Translations under genes and position numbers: made by a program
Source of the DNA: Candidatus Krumholzibacteriia bacterium
Lineage (GTDB): Bacteria > Krumholzibacteriota > Krumholzibacteriia > WVZY01 > JAKEHA01
DNA: 30,837 bases
Direction: 5' to 3'
Assembly (NCBI GenBank): GCA_041742575.1
Contig: JBGSIK010000403.1
Location: 1 to 30,837, forward strand
Notes under the pieces: model-generated
What the model was told of the DNA's origin: nothing
The model's database searches: none
The model's input: only the letters and a program-made list of their open reading frames with translations
In this document: positions 26,449-30,837 of the stretch, piece after piece
Layout: every line of letters starts with the position of its first letter
Position numbering within the stretch: the stretch's first letter is position 1

Positions 26449-27366
26449 GTGAACGATATCGCGAGGTTGCTCGACGGACGCTCGGGGGAAATCGAGCGGG
26501 CCAAGGTCGTTACGCATCTTCGAACCTGCCGTCGGTGCCGGGAAGTTTATTGGGACTCTGCGGCGGAGATCGGGTTCATCAGGGCCGGAGGGGCTTTTTC
26601 GGTCGGGGCGGACGATCTCATCGAGCGTGGAATGCAGGTGCCTGCCCAGGTTGACGCGACCAACCAGGCTCGCCGTGGCGCCGCGGGAAGAACCTCCGAG
26701 CGTGGATTCCGGGGCCGTTGGAGACTCCCCGCCGTTGTGGCGGCTTCAGTGGTGGTTGTCGTAGCGGTCGGTTTGTACACAGGCCGCGTTCTTCAGCAGT
26801 CGAGGCTCTCTCAAGCAGAATCGGAGATCCTTCAGCCCATCCGGACGGCTGTGGGGGACTTCTCGAGAGCCGGCGAGATCGTTCTTCCCGGCGGCGAGGC
26901 GTACGTCGGCGAGAGCGGGCCGGTGTTTCGGTCGCTCAATGGCGGCGCCGGCGAATCGCTCACGACGTCGCTCAAAAGTCTCCTGGAAGAGTTCCTAACC
27001 GGCAGTCGGTCGCCCGATGTGGCGTACTGGCTCGTTGCCGGTTATCTCTCCTCCAATAATGTCCGAACCGCCTCGATCTATGTGGCTGCAGCGCGCGAGC
27101 GTTTTCCCGGCGATCCCCGTTTGAACGTCCTCGACGCTGTCGTTGCGTATTTCGATCGCGACTATGTCCGGTCGGAGCGGCTGCTCCGCGATGTGGTGAA
27201 ATCTCACACCCACGATCCTCTTGCAGCGATCGCTCAAGTCAATCTCGCCATCGTTGTCCGCGATCAGGGAAACATCGCCGAAGCGCGGGACATTCTCCGC
27301 GCCGTTGCTCAACGCCACGAAGGAGAACCGATCGCGAAAAGGGCAGCGGAAATCGCGAGACTGTAA
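26449..27366 (+). CDS. Zinc-finger (ZAS/zf-HC2) single-pass membrane anti-sigma factor with a C-terminal TPR-like domain
   Basis: LLDGRSGEIERAKVVTHLRTCRRC (HxxxCxxC), TM AVVAASVVVVVAVGLY, and TPR-like helices (VAYWLVAGYL, AQVNLAIVVRDQGNIAEARDIL). It directly follows the sigma gene. The real start may be slightly upstream. Confidence 0.85.
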   Translation: MNDIARLLDGRSGEIERAKVVTHLRTCRRCREVYWDSAAEIGFIRAGGAFSVGADDLIERGMQVPAQVDATNQARRGAAGRTSERGFRGRWRLPAVVAASVVVVVAVGLYTGRVLQQSRLSQAESEILQPIRTAVGDFSRAGEIVLPGGEAYVGESGPVFRSLNGGAGESLTTSLKSLLEEFLTGSRSPDVAYWLVAGYLSSNNVRTASIYVAAARERFPGDPRLNVLDAVVAYFDRDYVRSERLLRDVVKSHTHDPLAAIAQVNLAIVVRDQGNIAEARDILRAVAQRHEGEPIAKRAAEIARL

Positions 27367-27800
27367 TCTTATCTGTGTAACTGGCCCTGGTGCGGACTCC
27401 ATCAGAGGAGGAGGACCATGGCCCCACCCCTCCCACCGACAAGTCAATCGATGATCTGGTCGCCGCCAAGAAGCCCGAGGAGATCCTCGGGGAGGAAGGC
27501 ATTTCGAAGGAGCTCACGAGGCGGCTCGTCGAACGCGCCATAGGGGGCGAGACGGCTCCTCACCTCGGCTACCCGCCGCATGCGCCGGAAAGTGATCTAC
27601 ACGGCAACCGCCATTGAGTCGATGCCGTTGAACCCGCGGAAGATGATGCGTCAACGGGGGTTTTCCCGAACGCAGAGAGCGTGCGCAAAATCTTCTATCT
27701 CGCTCTCCAGCGGATCTCGAAGAACTCGCAGCGCCGGTCCTGGACTGATTTTGGGGCCCAGTACGCGGCGTGCGATTGGGAACGCGGGAAGCTACTGAGG
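27357..27800 (+). mobile_element. Decayed, internally deleted IS256-family element (one terminal repeat plus N- and C-terminal transposase fragments)
   Basis: N-terminal-like KKPEEILGEEGISKELTRRLVERA...HLGY is joined to C-terminal-like RKVIYT.TAIES...R.FPNAESVRKIFYLALQRISK, with frameshifts. The left end GAGACTGTAATCTTATCTGTGTAACTG resembles IS285-type inverted repeats as I recall them. No right IR was found, so the right boundary is approximate. Confidence 0.8.
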
Positions 27801-27936
27801 TCGCGGTCCATCGTGAATGTTCCTGCGGGTTGCGGTATCCCTCGATCGTTCGTCCATGGGGATCACGGGCACTCCCGGTTGCTGGTCCAGCAAAGCCGTC
27901 AAGTCATTCTTTTCCCGCCTTGAAAATCGATTCCTC

Positions 27937-27962
27937 CTGGGAATTTCATGTTGGATTCCGTG
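27937..27962 (+). promoter_or_regulatory. Bipartite motif copy 3 (putative ECF promoter) upstream of the S8 gene
   Basis: CTGGGAATT-N11-TCCGTG, with the same 15 fixed bases as copy 1. Confidence 0.55.
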
Positions 27963-28097
27963 TCTTATCTAGCGTTGGGAGCGGCTGATCCGGATCTTGC
28001 CGACTCGCGGGATGATTATCGCATTTCCGCGGGGCTCACAGCTAAGTGTTGGTAACTACCTTGCCTGGTTCTTCACTTAAGAAGGAAGGGACGAGTC

Positions 28098-30791
28098 ATG
28101 AAAAGACTACGACGACGAGTAATGAGCATTCTTGTATGCCTTGTGTGTGCGGCGGCCGTTGCCTTCGCGGCTGCGCCCGTTTCGGCGCAGTGCGTTGACG
28201 AGCATCCGTGGAGACACGGATACAACATCTACGATTACAACACCGGTGTGTGGCCGCGATGCATTCAGGACGTGGACATGGATTTGCCGGAGTTGGCGGA
28301 TTTCCTCGCGGAGTTCGGAGCGCCAACTCCGGGTGTGCCTGTGATCGCGGACATCTTCAACATCTACTGCGAGCCAGACCATGTGCCGCACGGGGTGATG
28401 GTGGAGACGTATTTCGATCACGTTTACAGCCGTTGGCCGGCCGAACATGTTGAAATGGCTACCGGCACTTGGGCCGAGAAGATACAGTACATAGCGGCCA
28501 ACTACGGACCAGGAACGGTGGTCAATCTCTCCACGGGACCCGGGTACGGGGACTGCGGCAAGAACGACATCGATTGTTGTGAGGCTGTCGAAGCGGCCTA
28601 CGCTGCAGGCGTGGTTCTGGTTGGCGCGGCTCCCGTGTTCATGTTCGACGACAACTGCGTGGGCGGGATCGCGGACAAGGTTCTCAGGTGTTGGTGGATA
28701 GACGCCGAAGGGGAGTTCGTTGCTGCCCAGCCGCCCTCGGACGTGAACAACGTGGCCGGCGTCGCGGTTCCTTCGAACTGGTACAACGATGACCCGCTGA
28801 TCCTGAAACACGTCATCAGGAAACCTCCGGGCTATGGCTGGGGATCGGCGTACGTCGAAAGCGGATCTTTTTCAACGCCGCTGCTGGCAGGCGCGATACA
28901 ACACATTGCGGATGTTGTGGCGTCGCGAGGCGTGCCGGCGGGAGATTTCGTCGAGACGGTTCTGGATTATGCGATATCTGGGTGCGATCGCGTGATTGAC
29001 GAGTCGAGCTACCAGCACACCGAGGGTATTGGGACGTCCTTTGGCCCGTGGTCTCAAACGCGCGGTTATGGGGTCTTCAGCGCATGGAAAGCCCTGATCT
29101 ACGCCTATGGTTACGGGAGACTGGAGGCCACCGACCACGAGCTCGATCCGGACGTTGTGAATCCCACAACCGACTTTTCGGACCATTTCGAGCTGCGGGG
29201 GGATCTTCTGGTTCCGGGGAGTCAGTCATTTCGTATCAGCCCGCTGGCGACGATTTCGGTGAAGGGCTCGAGTCCCGAAGGGCCGAACCTTGGGGAGTAT
29301 CCGACCCTCCAGGAGATCTACGTTGCCGGGGACATGGTCGTGGAAAGCTCTCTCGAGGTTCCGTTCACTCCGGACAAGCGGGGCGTGACGGCGACGGTGG
29401 TCGTGGGTGATGGGGGGTCATGCACGGTTGCGGATGAAGGGACGATTACGATCGACGCCGGTCAGGTCTTGTACGTGAAGGACGGTGGCGAGCTCAATCT
29501 GGCGAGCGGCGGCACCATCGAGATAAACAACGGAGGGGTTTTGTGTATCAGCGGCGAGTTCAATCACTACGGCACGCTGATTCTAAATTCTGGCAGCCAG
29601 ACGTTTTTCACGCCGACATCGGCGGCATACCTTGGTGCCGACGTCCACATTGCAGCGGGGGCGTTCTTCCTGGGTAGCAGTAACGTCACGACGGTGGCGG
29701 CCACCGACGCGATGGGGACGGGAGACGACCCGGCTCGGGTGGAGATAAGGTGCGAAGGCGAGATGGACCTCTTCGGCTGGCCGGTGTCGCCACCGACGTT
29801 CAAGTGTGCGAGTGCAGGAGCGGGGCAGTGGGCGGGCATCGCGTTGAGTCCGACGGTTCCCGGCATTACCTGCAATCTTGATTGCGTGCACATATCCGAT
29901 GCGGTGGTTGGGTTGGCTGTCGGAGGGAGCTCGGCGATAGTGGTCAACGGCATTGTCGTCGCGGACTGTGGCACGGGCGTGAAGATCAGCAACCGCAGTG
30001 ACGTCGATCTCAATGGCGGCGAGATCTCGGGTTGCACGGACGGCGTCGTCTTGTCGTACGCGAACGTGGACATCGACGCGGCGTCGATCCACGACAACAA
30101 CGTGGGCATCGACTGCACGGCAAGTGATCCCGTCGTGCGCGGCAGTATGATTTACGCGAACCACATCGGCATTGTGACCCACGATTCCAATTCGATACCG
30201 AACCTGGGGACCGTGGCTGACCCCGGCAACAATAACTTCCACGGTCCGAACCCGAAGTACCCTGGGCTGGCGAACGACTACCACATCACGCCGTTCGACC
30301 CTGCGAATGACATCTATGCTCAGAAGAACTGGTGGGGGACGACCAAATCTTCCCAAATCGCGGCGAGGATTGTGGTGATCGATGCGCCGCCGCAGGGGGC
30401 GGGAAGTGTCATTTACAGTCCGTGGCTGACGTCACCACCACTGGGGGGTTTGTTCACGGTTTCGGGAGAGATTGGGGAAGAGTCGGCGGTCGACGAGGCA
30501 GCGGCAGTTCCGGGCGGGACGTATCTGGCGCAGAACCAGCCGAATCCATTCAATCCCAACACCACGATTGGGTTTGGATTGGATAGGCCCTCGGAGGTTT
30601 CGCTGAAGATCTTCGACGTGACGGGGCGGCTCGTCCGGGAGCTTGCCAGCGGCGAGATGGCCGAGGGGAGACACGCGCTCACGTGGGACGGGACGGATAC
30701 GGCGGGGGCGAGCGTCGGCAGCGGTATCTATTTCTACCGGCTGACGGCGGGTACGTTCTCGCAGACCAGGAAGATGATTCTCCTGAAGTAG
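28098..30791 (+). CDS. Secreted divergent subtilisin-like (S8) peptidase with beta-helix repeats and a C-terminal FlgD-Ig/T9SS-type domain
   Basis: Signal peptide ending APVSA; GVPVIAD (Asp), PHGVMV (His), VVNLSTG, AGVVLVGAA, SGSFSTPLLAG (Ser) and GYGVFSAWKAL. His-to-Ser spacing is 159 aa. Parallel beta-helix-like repeats at about 29900-30200, then QNQPNPFNP...RKMILLK. Confidence 0.8.
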   Translation: MKRLRRRVMSILVCLVCAAAVAFAAAPVSAQCVDEHPWRHGYNIYDYNTGVWPRCIQDVDMDLPELADFLAEFGAPTPGVPVIADIFNIYCEPDHVPHGVMVETYFDHVYSRWPAEHVEMATGTWAEKIQYIAANYGPGTVVNLSTGPGYGDCGKNDIDCCEAVEAAYAAGVVLVGAAPVFMFDDNCVGGIADKVLRCWWIDAEGEFVAAQPPSDVNNVAGVAVPSNWYNDDPLILKHVIRKPPGYGWGSAYVESGSFSTPLLAGAIQHIADVVASRGVPAGDFVETVLDYAISGCDRVIDESSYQHTEGIGTSFGPWSQTRGYGVFSAWKALIYAYGYGRLEATDHELDPDVVNPTTDFSDHFELRGDLLVPGSQSFRISPLATISVKGSSPEGPNLGEYPTLQEIYVAGDMVVESSLEVPFTPDKRGVTATVVVGDGGSCTVADEGTITIDAGQVLYVKDGGELNLASGGTIEINNGGVLCISGEFNHYGTLILNSGSQTFFTPTSAAYLGADVHIAAGAFFLGSSNVTTVAATDAMGTGDDPARVEIRCEGEMDLFGWPVSPPTFKCASAGAGQWAGIALSPTVPGITCNLDCVHISDAVVGLAVGGSSAIVVNGIVVADCGTGVKISNRSDVDLNGGEISGCTDGVVLSYANVDIDAASIHDNNVGIDCTASDPVVRGSMIYANHIGIVTHDSNSIPNLGTVADPGNNNFHGPNPKYPGLANDYHITPFDPANDIYAQKNWWGTTKSSQIAARIVVIDAPPQGAGSVIYSPWLTSPPLGGLFTVSGEIGEESAVDEAAAVPGGTYLAQNQPNPFNPNTTIGFGLDRPSEVSLKIFDVTGRLVRELASGEMAEGRHALTWDGTDTAGASVGSGIYFYRLTAGTFSQTRKMILLK

Positions 30792-30837
30792 GCCCTGTCT
30801 CTCTGTGTTGACGAAGCCCGGCCGCCGGATCTTACGA

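Noticed and set aside
22243-27366. Type III-E CRISPR (Craspase) locus
   Set aside because: TPR-CHAT and an ECF sigma are present, but there is no repeat-spacer array, Cas7-11, Csx30/31 or cas1/2 in the window. The anti-sigma is a ZAS membrane protein.
27357-27800. Active IS256 element
   Set aside because: The catalytic core is deleted, there are frameshifts, and no right inverted repeat or target duplication was found.

Overview
GC-rich bacterial chromosomal window with no rRNA, tRNA, CRISPR array or intact mobile element recognised. NfnAB suggests an anaerobe. Three secreted proteins with FlgD-Ig/T9SS-type C-terminal domains ending in LLK suggest an FCB-related lineage such as Krumholzibacteriota (inference only). 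Left to right: end of an FG-GAP/VCBS protein; nfnAB electron-bifurcating transhydrogenase; a 1068-codon secreted IdeS/Mac-like cysteine peptidase interrupted by one in-frame UGA that is followed by a SECIS-like hairpin; a beta-lactamase-family serine hydrolase; a small outer-membrane beta-barrel; an RRM RNA-binding protein; an ABC-2 exporter pair; a secreted 14x LVIVD-repeat protein; a 59-aa ORF missing from the ORF track; and a cusCBA Cu/Ag efflux operon. At the right end lies a candidate proteolytic signalling module: a TPR-CHAT caspase-like protease with a probable lipoprotein signal, a divergently transcribed ECF sigma with a duplicated sigma4-like segment, a ZAS membrane anti-sigma and a divergent secreted S8 protease. 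The CHAT, anti-sigma and S8 genes are each preceded by the same bipartite motif, C(T/G)GG(G/T)A(A/G)TT-N11-TCCGTG. An internally deleted IS256 remnant lies inside this module. All protein assignments come from motifs read by eye, without database searches.
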